This document shows, piece by piece, positions 45,211 to 57,186 of a stretch of DNA of 64,000 bases; position 1 is the first letter of the stretch; every line of letters begins with the position of its first letter. The stretch is taken from NCBI RefSeq assembly GCF_009914755.1, contig NC_060934.1, one strand, 5' to 3'. The position numbers and the translations under genes are program-made. This DNA is from the human T2T-CHM13v2.0 reference genome, Homo sapiens. Below the pieces are notes generated by a model. That model was not told where the DNA came from and did no database searches. It saw nothing but the letters and a program-made list of their open reading frames with translations.

Positions 45211-47708
45211 GTGCTTATCTTCATTTGAAGAAAAGACAAATACTTGTCATCAAGGGTGGACCATACTGATCAGAAGGTGGACAATATGGATCACAAGGTA
45301 AGCATTGTTGACCAGAAGGAGATTTATTCTAATGGAGCAAGGAAAGGTATCAATGTGAGTTAGTCAGTGGAGGTTAAGAGGGTCAAGTCAGTAGATTCAT
45401 GAAAATTGCACAGACCAAAACAACAGACCAAAAAGGGAAACTGCAGAATTGGAGGCTGCTTGCTTCCTTGCACCCACAAGGCAGAGAGCCCAGAGCTCAG
45501 GTGAAGTCTGACTGAGCAGCATTTTAGGCTTGGCAAAGTCTTGGGCCCCACTCCTAGACAACTGGCAGTGGGATCCTCTCCTGAGGATAATGATGCATTG
45601 AGAAAAGCCACTGCAAATCAGTAAACAGTAAATAAAGGTGGCAATGGGGCATGCACCAAGGACGAATCTGGACTGGACTTGGCAACCTTGCGGGTCCTGC
45701 TGACCAGGTACTTTTCTATTGACTCTGGGCAGGGACTGTGTAAATGAAGTCAGTGTGTGTTTCTATGTTACCCAGCTGTACTGTTGGGTGTCGCCCTGCA
45801 GGGCTGAGCCAATGGTAGATTCTCTAGGGTGAGAAGACCCAGTCAGTGGGAGAGAGTGCAGATATGGATTCAGCCAGGCCTGGGTTGAAATCCAGCTCAG
45901 CCATCTGGTGTCCATCAGGTGGGGACAACAGACCCTCCCTTGCAGAGTTATCATGAGGACTACATAGGATCATAGATCTCAATCACTAAGCACAGTGTCA
46001 GGCTAGCTGGAAGAAAACGGCTGCGTGGAGGGGATGATGTCTGGCACAAGCCAGCTCAGAGGCACCACTCAGAGCCCACCTGCCCCTGGAGACACAGAGC
46101 CAGGTGAGTCAGGAAGAATTCCACTCTCCACTTGGCCCTAGTGTGACCTTGGGCACATCATTAATCTCTCTTGGCCTCCATTCCTTTATTTGTAAGACAG
46201 GGACAACAAGCTCCACTTTGCAGGGTCACCCTGAGGCTCAGAATGACATCTACAAAGTGCGGAGCCCAGCACGGAGGTATTAAGTGAGGCCCCGTCCCCT
46301 TCCCAGAGGCCAACAGGATGCCATGGCCAGACCCTCAGGCCCTCCCGCTGAGGACTCTCTCCCAGCTCCTCCACTCTCCCAAGCTTCAATCAGTCTCCCT
46401 CAGAGGCATGAGACAGAAATAACCAGCCCATTCCACGTCTTTACAAAGACAAGGAAGTCCTGTCTCTTGGACCAGTTCTCCCTGACCATGCCCGTGAGGT
46501 CCTTGCCAAGAGCTGGTGACCAAGCTTGCTGAGACAGCAGATCCAGGACTGGCTGTGCATGGAGCAATGGGATCTTCCAGGAGTCCTGGCTGGGGTGGGG
46601 TACTATGGGTATGAGTTATCCACTGCACATGGCAAATGACCCAACACTTAGTGGCTTCAAACAACAAACATGGATTATCTTGCAGATACTCCCAGAAGGC
46701 AAGCTCTGCTGAGTTGTGAGTTGCAGGGGGCTGTGGCCAGGCAGGTTGTGTGAGAGCCCAGCAGCTGAGGGTGAGCCACACCCTACTGAGCTCCACCCTA
46801 CCACACTGGCTCCGCTCTCAGTGGCCCGCAGTGATCCAGATCACACGAGTAAAAGACCAGCTGGACTCCAGAGGAGAGCTTCGCCCCATCTTCCCCTTGT
46901 GGGTCTCTCTCTGATCACTGTGCCCACCACCTCCCTGGGCCTTAGTGGAACCTCCCTTCTCTGCCTCTGCCTCCCCATCATGGTCTGGTTCTTAGAAGCC
47001 AGCAGAGAGAGGATGATGAATGTACTGACTTTGCAAAGGCCACGGGGGACACTCCATCCCCAGAGAGTCCCACAGCAACCCAGTAGAAGGGTCTGGTGGC
47101 TTTCTGAGTCGCGGGGAACCTCTCTCTCAGTTTCCCTTCCCATGACAGATGCTATCCTGGACCCCAAACCCCTCAAGCATAACCAGACAGATGAAGTCCA
47201 TGGCCTCATCCTACCTAAGGACCATTGTCTAGGCTGGCAGCACAGGTTGTATGACCCAGTGACTGGCACTGGTAATGATCTCAGCCTTCATGATATTTAA
47301 TATTATAGAAACCCCACCTCATGCCCACACCGGGGCTACCTTCACCCCCAGCCCCTCCTGGAGGGTCTCTCCAGAACAACTGTAACTTTGTACCCCACGA
47401 CAACCACAGCGTTCACTCCTGCCACACACAGGGCTACCTGGGAGAGGTTTGTTCAGCAGTTCCAGCATCTCAGGACACCATAACCTCCTGTCCCTGTCTT
47501 TGTCCTTCTGAATCCCCAGGGTGAAGCTCAGGGCTCAGAACACAGTAGGTGCTCTGAAAACATGTCTGCTGAGTGAACTTTGCAGAAAGGGCCCTGGGGA
47601 GAGTGAAGAGAGGGTCTGACCACAGTCCTGGTACTGCCCAGCTGTATGGCCTCGGGCCACTCCCCATCCTTCTCTGAGCTTCAGTCCTCTCACCTGTACA
47701 GTGGAAAT

Positions 47709-48067
47709 CAGAGCTTACAAACTATCAGCCCAGAGTCCTCATCTAGTTTGGATACGGTGTTTACAGTTCATTCGGTGTTTAATTTTATTTTGAAATTCAT
47801 TTCAAAAATTTGAAAACTAGATTTCTATAAAACTTAAAGTCTTCAGCTTTTATTGAAAGATGAGAAAACCTGGGTGGCCTGTGTGGACCCATAGTCCCAT
47901 ATACAATAATTGGCTGGCCTGGGCAGCAGCTACCTCTTTACCTGGGACATCCATTAGCTATCTGGATACAGTGCCACCTCCCCTCACTCCCTACATACTT
48001 ACCAGCTTGCACCACTCATGTGTATCACCTGCCTGGCCCCCGCAGGCATCTGAGTTTGCAACCCCTG
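47709..48067. mobile_element. hAT-Charlie family (MER58-like) DNA transposon remnant
   Basis: Ends CAGAGCTTACAAACT ... AGTTTGCAACCCCTG (TIR-like). Confidence 0.55.
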
Positions 48068-50659
48068 AATGAGATTCTGAGCTTAGCACAAACTGATTGT
48101 TCTTTGGCTTTGTGAGGCCTAGAGGTGGTGTTACAGGATCCCTAGGTGACAAAACCCATCAGCACCCTGGATAAAAAACCATGTGAGCTGAGTGGAGAGA
48201 AACACTGCTGTTTCTGAGGATAACACAGTCTATAAATAGCCTCAGAGCCAGGTGAGTGCTAACACCTGCCTGATGTCACCTGGGCCCGGAGCCCTCAAGG
48301 GCTGGGCATGTGTTCAGCTCATGGCTTAGCCTATAGACTATCCTTCTTCCTGATACCACTGAGAACAGAACAGGAAGGGATGACATCATAGCTAAGCCTT
48401 TGGGGAAGGTAGGCTTTTCTCTGGCTTAGGAGGTAGTGATGACGTTTGATTTTCCAAAGAGAGTGGAAGGAGTAACATGAATGAAAGAAGCTGGTTCCCA
48501 GTCCAGAGTCCTCAGCATGGAGTCTTTGCACTATTCATGGCTCCCCAGTGCTATCCAACAATGTCAGACCTCAGCCAGGCCTTCAGAGCCCTCTGTGATT
48601 GGGTCCCCACAGGCCTTTCAGCTCATGCTCACTATTAAAACCATCTCCCTAGTCCCTGAGCTCCATAGCCCCCTGGCCAACTCCACCGTTTCTATCTTAC
48701 TGTGTTGTCTGCCCAGGCTTATCTCTCTTGCCTCCCCACCCTGTCCCAAGGACCAGCTTCGTGGTGAGAGTGAGAAGGGTTTGACATGCAATAACCCTGA
48801 TTGTGAAGTCAGACAGACTGGTCCCAGTTCCAACAGCCTGCCCTTGGGCAATTCACTCCCCAGCCCCTGGGGCCTGGCTTCCCCATCTGCAAAACAGAGC
48901 TGTCTCTCAGGCAGAGTTCACAGCTGGGAAAGGGTTCTGAGAACTGAAGTGGTCAAGTGAATGAAGGCAGCACTCCCCTGGGGTGGGGATGCTCATGCTT
49001 CATCAGGATGGGGCATAAACTGAGTCCCCCCAGGAGCAGGCTTGAGAAACAACAGGGTACGCTGAGCTACCTGCTGTGGCTGAAGGTCCTGTGAGCTCAG
49101 GGCCTGGAACTGGCCGCAGGGAAGCCTGGGGCCTTAAGGAAGCTTCATGACAAGGCACATGGCGTGATTCCTCCACTCTCAAATCCACAGGATGCACTGG
49201 TAGAGGAAGGTCTGGGACATGTGCTGAGGGCTCAAGTGGGCTCCCCACTCAGGCCTGCTCACCTCAGGGCACAATCATAAGAAAGGAGGGGCTGCTCCCC
49301 AGGGCAGAGTGAGGCCCCATTCTGGGCTGGGACCTGGAATGCATCCCACCTGGGCTTCACTGGGTGCCTAGGCCCCTCCTAGGCCAGGAATCGGAGAAGG
49401 GGGCTATGAACTTCCAGAAGCCAAGCTAGCCAAACTTCCAGAGGCCAAGCTAGCATTCTTATGAAGCTAGGGCACTGCTCTGACCTCATGAATTTGCTTG
49501 GCTGGCATTTTGCTGCCTGACCTGTTCCCATGAGCCCATTCAGGATCTGGGGCAGGTCAGTCCAGAGCTGGTCCCTACTCCTGCCCACCTGCCTCCAAGG
49601 CTCAGCCCCACCCCTTTCTCTGACCCCTCAGGCCTCTAACTGAGACCGCAGCTCTCTGAATCCCAAACTGTGAGAAAGACAGTCCAGACTCTGTCCATCA
49701 CAGATGCCCACAGGCACAGTACTTAGTTGACAAATCCATGTCTCTCTCGTTCATTTTATCCTAAGAACAGACACGAGAAAAAAGCAGGATGAGGAGCATG
49801 ATCGCACCCTTACCCTCCAGATGGGAAACTGAGGCCCAGAGAGGCCTGGAGCACTGGTGCAAGCTGGTAGCAATACTCCAGGGCTCCCTAGCCCTAGCCA
49901 GTGCCTTCCTGTGTCCAGGCCTCAGCTTCCCCTGGGGACAGTACAAGTGTTGGGCCAGATGCTCTCTCAGGTCCCTGCGTGGCATCCATTTATTGCAGAC
50001 CTCCCACCACCTTGCAGTGAGGGTGGCTCTGGCTGCTGGGAAGCCCACTTTCAGCACGTGGGGTTTAAATGCTCCTGCTGTGGGTCTCCCCACTGAGTCC
50101 CCTCCCAGGGTGCATGCTGATGGGAGGGGGCAGCTGGCAGTCTGCCCCGGGGCTGTCAGTGTGGGTCCTAGGAGGAGGGATCAGACCCAGTCCTGGGGAG
50201 GGCTGGGGGCCTGAAAGGAGCATGATGAGCCCAGGCTGCGTTTTCAGTCTTGCTAGAAGCAGGTCTGGTCCCCAGAAACAACTAGAGACAGGCCCAGGCC
50301 GGGACAAGCAGGCTAGGGGGCATCATGGGAGGTGTCTCAGCTTATCTCCTCCCTCTTGCGCCTCTAGCTCACTAATCCCGCCTCTCATCTCACCTTTCTC
50401 TAACCCTCTCAGACTGCAGGACCTAGGGCAGCAGGGAAGCTTATTTGGCCTGAGCCTTACCTGCAAAGGGCTCAAAGGTAGACTTTTGCTATTATATTCA
50501 AATTGCAACGTATAGATGCTCATATTTTGGAATTAATTACGTTTTAGCAGTTTTTCTTTTTTTAAAAAAATCTGCTGGTACCTTAATAAACATGGAACCA
50601 GCAACCTTTTGCCAGGTGTCTGTTCTCCGGGTCTCTGGGCCTGGAGGCGGGAGTGTTTC

Positions 50660-51700
50660 AAAGCACTTCACGCTCCGCGGCCCCACCGGCTGGCTGCGCT
50701 GCCCGCTGCGGCCGGCAGGGGTAGTCCACGGACAGGCCTGGAGGAGGCGGGACGGGGGCAGGGCCGGGAACCTGGGCAAGCCAATAAAGGCTGCGGCGCG
50801 CGGCTGCGCGGGACTCGGCCTTCTGGGCGCGCGCGACGTCAGTTTGAGTTCTGTGTTCTCCCCGCCCGTGTCCCGCCCGACCCGCGCCCGCGATGCTGGC
50901 GCTGCGCTGCGGCTCCCGCTGGCTCGGCCTGCTCTCCGTCCCGCGCTCCGTGCCGCTGCGCCTCCCCGCGGCCCGCGCCTGCAGCAAGGGCTCCGGCGAC
51001 CCGTCCTCTTCCTCCTCCTCCGGGAACCCGCTCGTGTACCTGGACGTGGACGCCAACGGGAAGCCGCTCGGCCGCGTGGTGCTGGAGGTGAGACCGCTCG
51101 CAGGGCCGGCCTGGGCGCGGGACACGGGCCCGGGGAGAGCCCTGGGCCCCGGGCGGCGCGGTGCCGGGCGCGCTGGGTGACCTTGGGCCTCCCCATGCCG
51201 AGCTCTGGGCCTCAGTTTCCCCATTTCTGAGAATGGGCGTCAGAATGATTTCTTCCGGCCTCCCTCGGAGCACTGGAGCGGGGGAGACGGGAGGGAGGGC
51301 ACGTGTGGAGGAGAAAGCTCAAGGTCAGATCGCAGAGAGGGAGGGCTCAGCACCTCTGGGCCGGCCCGGGCACGAGGGAGGGGCTCCAGGAGCCTTCTGG
51401 GGCTGAGCCTAGATCCGGAGCTCCGAGGTGGGTGTCGGGGGTCTTGGGGTGAGCGTCGTGGCCCAGCGGGTGCTCACGTGGCGGCCCTTGCACAACACGG
51501 AGCGCTTCCTGGCTCCGGCCCCGCCCCTGCGGTCGGGCTCACACTGGGGGTGCTGGGAAATGGAGCGAGAGGTGGTTTCCAGCAGTAGTGCGGGCCCAGT
51601 AGGCCTCAGGCCCCGGCCACCTGGTGGACCCCAGAATGCCCCTCCTGCGAGTCGGGACACACTCAGAGACAGTGTGCCCGGCGCCTCAACCCCTGCCACT
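50660..51700. promoter_or_regulatory. PPIF: CpG island / PPIF promoter, exon 1 and 5' intron 1
   Basis: Very high GC and CpG density; GC boxes (~50744-50760), CCAAT at 50781, CRE-like CGACGTCA at 50834. Confidence 0.93.
50893..51087 (+). CDS. PPIF: PPIF exon 1: mitochondrial targeting peptide + start of cyclophilin domain (MLALRCGSRWLGLLSVPRSVPLRLPAARACSKGSGDPSSSSSSGNPLVYLDVDANGKPLGRVVLE)
   Basis: Arg/Leu/Ser-rich presequence without acidic residues; NPLVYLDV..GRVVLE cyclophilin motif; GAG|GTGAGA donor. Confidence 0.98.
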
Positions 51701-52419
51701 GTCCTTGGGGGCCACACTGAGCACCTCCCCTAACTCTGTTTTTGGGTCTTTTCTAAAGCAAAGTAAGAAACAGTCACCAGGGTAGCTTTAGAGGGAAAGC
51801 CCTAGTGGAGCCTTCAGGTCGGCCACACATTGACAGCAGGGGTCTGTTTGTGTTGACTGGCCCGTATCCCAGGGAGCCCTTAGTATTTCTTCTTCATTCT
51901 CAGTTTCTTCTGGAAAATAGGGACACCCTTCCTGCTTCCATTTGGTTCCAGGGTGGGTCTTGCAGCTTCGAGGGTAGAGGCTGGCTGGGATGGGGCTTCA
52001 GCCTTCCCTCCCCACACCCTCATGCCTCTCCCTGGGCCTCAGTTTCCCAACCCCGAATGGAGGAGCTGGTCTGGCTTCTACCTTAGACACACTCTCTTGT
52101 CCCTGAATTTCTGATGCTTTGGGCCCAGCTGTGGGAGCACTGCCAGCTGTGTCCACAGAAGTAGGCCAAGATAGCATTGTCATCTCTTCTGACAGATTAG
52201 GAAACCAAGGCCACCTCCTCCAGCCTTGGGTTCAGGAAACGGCTCCCAGAAATGATAGAGCTGCCTCCCATGGGGGTTGGCAATAATGGGAATGGAATGT
52301 CCACGTGCTTCTTCCTTAGCCTCCTTGGCCACTGTGGGGGTGGGTGGGTGCTGAGAGACACCCACCTTCACCTGCCTCTCCAATGACCATCCTCTTTTGT
52401 CCTTCTTCTCCCCCAACAG

Positions 52420-52450
52420 CTGAAGGCAGATGTCGTCCCAAAGACAGCTG
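52420..52450 (+). CDS. PPIF: PPIF exon 2 (LKADVVPKTA, 31 nt)
   Basis: Pyrimidine tract + CAG acceptor, G|GTAAGA donor; VPKTAENF motif across the junction. Confidence 0.96.
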
Positions 52451-53008
52451 GTAAGACAGGGCCTGGGGCCTTCTGAGATGGGTCTAGAGGGAAGGGGGCC
52501 AGGCAGGGCAAGGTGGGTGGCGTGATGAGAAGAGTCGGGGCTCAGAGACCCCTGACAGATGGGAGCTCCATGTGTGGCTCAGCCATTGGGTGCTCTGGGG
52601 CAGCCCTGCCATCCCTCTCTGGGCCTCAACGTTGGCTCTGCCCTCCTCTCTCATAGTAGCTGGGAGCCTCAGAGCCAGTGGAAGGCACATGTAAATTTCC
52701 CGGAGACTTCCCCACTCCTGGTGCCCAGTGAGGCAGGGTGATGGGCACACAGCCCTTGAGTCCGTGCCCTGCTGGCCAGCACAGCCATGAGCCTGTACTC
52801 TTGTCACAGTGCTCAGGTACTGAGGACAGGGAAGGGGAGTGACTTGTCCAGTTACATAGCGAGTTGGGCAGAGCAGACCCAAGAGGTGGGCCAGAGTCTT
52901 TATCCCCCTGTTCACTGCTGGGGATGTAGCAGGGATTTTGGCTGGAACGGGTATGACCCTGGAATTGGGGCCTGGCCCTGTTGACCTGTGTTTCTCTTCG
53001 ACCCTCAG

Positions 53009-53097
53009 AGAACTTCAGAGCCCTGTGCACTGGTGAGAAGGGCTTCGGCTACAAAGGCTCCACCTTCCACAGGGTGATCCCTTCCTTCATGTGCCAG
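53009..53097 (+). CDS. PPIF: PPIF exon 3 ([30 protein letters not shown])
   Basis: Cyclophilin active-site FHRVIP.FMCQ; CAG|GTAATG donor. Confidence 0.98.
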
Positions 53098-54830
53098 GTA
53101 ATGTAGTTTCCTCTTCTGTAAGGGGGGATGAGAGCAGGAGCTGCCTTGTGGGTGTGTGAAGATGCCTGGTATGAGGAAGGTGCTGAGCAGAGCAGCTGCA
53201 GTTGCTCTGTCAGCCAGGCTGCCCTCCCTGCATTAGCCCTGTATCCAGGCTTCACTGCACATGGAAGCCCAGCCCCAACCCGCTGCCACTCCAGGTCAGT
53301 GGCAGGCCCTGCCCGGGGGACTGGGAGGTGGAGTCTATCAAGAGAGAGCTGGGTTGGGAGATGGATGTGCTGGGGGTGGCCTTGAAGACTTTGAAGAGCC
53401 AGCATATTCCAGTGGTCTCTGACCTTGTCCCCTGTGTGCCCCTGAGCACTGGTGTGGGAGATAAGAGAGGGAGAGAGAGAAGTGGAGGAGGCGGAGGAGG
53501 AAGACAGGTCCAGGGCAGGAACACACACGCCAGGACTTGGGGCTTCCCTTCCCAGAGAAAGGCATTATTCTCGGTGAAATGAATGTTTTTCGGTCATGTG
53601 TCATGCTCAGTTTTCACAAGCATTGGTATTGCTGTGTCAGAGGTTTGGGGGTAGGTGTTGTAGCAGGAGCTTCCTGTGGGTCAGGACCCAGGTGGTGTTG
53701 GGGCTGGTCTTCTATTAGCACAGACCTTCAAGATCAGGGATTGGGTGTCCTGGGCAGGCAGAGCCTGGAGGCAGGGGCATGGCTGTCATGACCTCTTTGA
53801 AGACCTTCCTGCCTGGAATTCTCTCCCCATTCCCTCCACCCTGACCCAGTGGCCGTCATCGTACCGTGGTAAGTGGCAGCGGGTTGGGACTGGACGTCTA
53901 TGTGCGGCGAAGCCTGGATACGGGGTGAACACAGGGACGGCAGGCCTGGCCCAGCCCTAAGGCTGATGGTAAAGTAGGAGCTGAGGTGGAAGTCCTGAGC
54001 CAGGGTGGGAACTCCAGCGCGGGAGGGCTCCCTGGCACAAGGCGGTGGCACCGGGAGTCCAGACCAGAGTCCTGAGTCATCCGTTGGGAGGGATATCAAT
54101 TAGGGAGCACCTAATTGACACCTGTGGATGCTTCAGCTGGGCTGGTCAGTTCCCCTCTCTTACCCACGGATCCCATCTCAGGAAAACAGCAGCCAGCCAT
54201 GGCCTGGGCTGGGCAGCGCTAGGCATAGGGGCTGCTACCAGGCTCTTCTGGCCATGGGTGCCCCATGCAGGTTTGGCCACGGCTGCCTGGGCCTTAGCTG
54301 AGGCCTGAGGAAAGATGTCAGCCTTGGGCAGACTCTGTCCTGGGTCTGCAAGGGTTGGGAAAGCTGCTGGGCTGGGTAAGGGGCAGTGCGCGGACAGTGA
54401 GGGGACTCGGCCTGGGGAGCTGGTCTGGACCAGCTGCTGGTACTCCCACAGACTAGACTCGGGAACTGGGGGGCCTCTGGCCTCTTCCTTGTTGCCCTCC
54501 AGGAGGAGTGGGTTAAATTCTGGGTCACTAAGTATCATCTCAGAATGGCCTTTAGGTCTTTTGAAGATTACTTAAAAATTTGCTCAGACAAAAAGTAAGT
54601 CATTTGGAAACAAAGGTAGTTACGGTGACAAAAGATATTTAAGTTTTGTCTTTTTTTTTTTTGCTTATTATTCTTATTATTAGCTCTTATTTTATTGGAT
54701 GTTTATTGACCCCTTTACCTGAGGGGCGCCAACTGGGTGGGCTTGGGTGGGCTGAGGCTGCTGCCAGCGCCAGGGCCGTGGCCCCCGCCTGCTCCATGGT
54801 AGCCACTCAGAAGGTGCTTTGTGCTCACAG

Positions 54831-54927
54831 GCGGGCGACTTCACCAACCACAATGGCACAGGCGGGAAGTCCATCTACGGAAGCCGCTTTCCTGACGAGA
54901 ACTTTACACTGAAGCACGTGGGGCCAG
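54831..54927 (+). CDS. PPIF: PPIF exon 4 ([32 protein letters not shown])
   Basis: [14 protein letters not shown] motif; CAG|GTGAGT donor. Confidence 0.98.
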
Positions 54928-55479
54928 GTGAGTGGGGGCCTCCTCTAGGGTGAGTGTCCCCACAGCTCTGACCTGGCCTGGAAGCCCCAGCAGGCCCTGA
55001 GAGGCCACATGCAGTCACCGTCCAGTATCTGATGAGTCTCCTTCCTCCCTGCGACACTGTAGGCTGTCTCAGCATTTCTGGCTTGTTGAGTTTCCCTAGA
55101 GTTTTCTCATCTCTCAGTTTAAAAAGCAGGGTTTCCTTTGGGAACTTTGTGGAAGAACCTTTAAGCAGAATGGAGGCCCTGGCCACCTCCCTGTTTGTCC
55201 TCTGAGTTTCGGGTTGGAAATTCTAGGACACTTAGAATTGTTGCAGAATGGTCCTTAGGTCCTTTGAGGATTATTTAAAATCTTGCTTAGATAAAAAGCA
55301 AATGGTTTGGAAGCCAGAGTGGTTATTGTGGCAGCATCGTGTCACCTATAAGACCCAAGGTAGAATGTGGAGATGTCTGGAGGTCAGGTCCTGGGGTCCT
55401 GCCCCAGGTCCCGCCCCAGCTCTACCACTGAGAGCTTCCACAAGGCCCTGTCCTCTCAGGCCACCCCACTGAGAACTAG

Positions 55480-55737
<258 letters not shown>

Positions 55738-57050
55738 TGAGTTCCCTGCCCCAGGCCCTCTGGGAATGCGGGCAGCCTTGCAGCTGGAGGAGGATTCGTG
55801 CACTTTTAGGGGCAGGCAGTTTACAGCCAGGCCTTCTGCTCTGGGACAGTGGCCCTCTCCCAGGCTGTGTGTTTGTATGAGAAAGAGAAAGTTAGTGGAA
55901 GGATCAAGGGAGAATTGGGGTTGTTCCTGCAACTCTGTCATGGTTCGGGTTCCCATTGTTGCTGTCACCTGGAATTTTCTGAGTGTGTTCTGCTCACACG
56001 CACACACGAAAGGGTTTCTCTACCAGATACATTTGGGAAATGTTGCAAAACATATTATGAGGCCTCAGGAGGGACTGAGTAGAAGCCCACTTGTGTGGTT
56101 TTAACCTGGAGTTTCCCAGGCTTGTCTTGACCATGGGCTGAGCCTTGGCAATGCTGCAGCAGACATTTGGATATCAGCAAATTTCCAAATGAAGCCTCTG
56201 TATTATCATAAACCTGCAGATAGCCACAGGCCTGTAAGGGCCCTGTTTTCAATGCCCATGGATTTTAGGGATGTCTCTTTCCTGGTACATTTTCCTCTAA
56301 GGGATAAATTTCTCTGGCCAGAGTCCCAAATGTCCTAGCCCTGGGGCACCTGGGGATGAACTGGCTGGGAGCTGACTTGGTAAAGCCCATTTCCGAGGAT
56401 TTTAGGGAGACCTAGGTGGGGCAGACACTAGAAGTGTCCAGCCTCCAAGCCCAAGAGATGTGGCCGGCAGGGCTGGGCAGGTCCTTGCTGGCTCAGCCTG
56501 CTCTTTGCTCCTTCATGGGACCCCAGTGGATCCTGCAGTTCTGCTCTTGGCTGGAACCACGCCAGCTTCGCTGGAGCTGGACTGAGCCGCCTTTTACATT
56601 ATTGGACTCTCTCGGGTTGAGAGCTGCCCAGGACTCCTGCAGTTTCACCACCCTTGTTCCTTTGACTCTTGACTCATCATTCATGACCGTTAACGTGGTT
56701 CCATTTGTATGGACTTCTTCTTTCTTCAGAGCATTTCAGTATCCTGTTACCTCCCCATGCAGAACAAAGAATACTCCACTTTTGATAGATGGGGTTACCA
56801 GGATTCAGGCTACATGGCCTGAGGCAAGGTCACAACATGAGTGACAGAATGTGTCCTGGAAGCCAGGCATCCTCTGGGGTGTATTTGGGGCGCTCAACAA
56901 GGCTTGATCGAGCTTTGGGGGTAGATCTAGCTATTCCATGGGGATTCTTTTCAGAATTGCTGTTTTCGGTAACTAATTCCATGACCAGGTCCATGGCATT
57001 GGATGACATTGCGCTACACTGTTGCTCACCCGGGTCACCCGTCCTCACAG

Positions 57051-57186
57051 GTTGGATGGCAAGCATGTTGTGTTCGGTCACGTCAAAGAGGGCATGGACG
57101 TCGTGAAGAAAATAGAATCTTTCGGCTCTAAGAGTGGGAGGACATCCAAGAAGATTGTCATCACAGACTGTGGCCAGTTGAGCTAA
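57051..57186 (+). CDS. PPIF: PPIF exon 6 ([44 protein letters not shown])
   Basis: [10 protein letters not shown] motif; TAA at 57184-57186; the six exons total 624 nt = 207 aa + stop. Confidence 0.98.

Noticed and set aside
50537-51273. Several overlapping 140-220 aa ORFs on both strands at PPIF exon 1
   Set aside because: Expected in a CpG island; only the 50893 frame matches cyclophilin D and splices in frame.
56416-57106. ORFs in PPIF intron 5 that looked like a possible processed pseudogene
   Set aside because: No recognisable protein in the frames examined, no poly(A) or TSD; a BLASTX would settle it.
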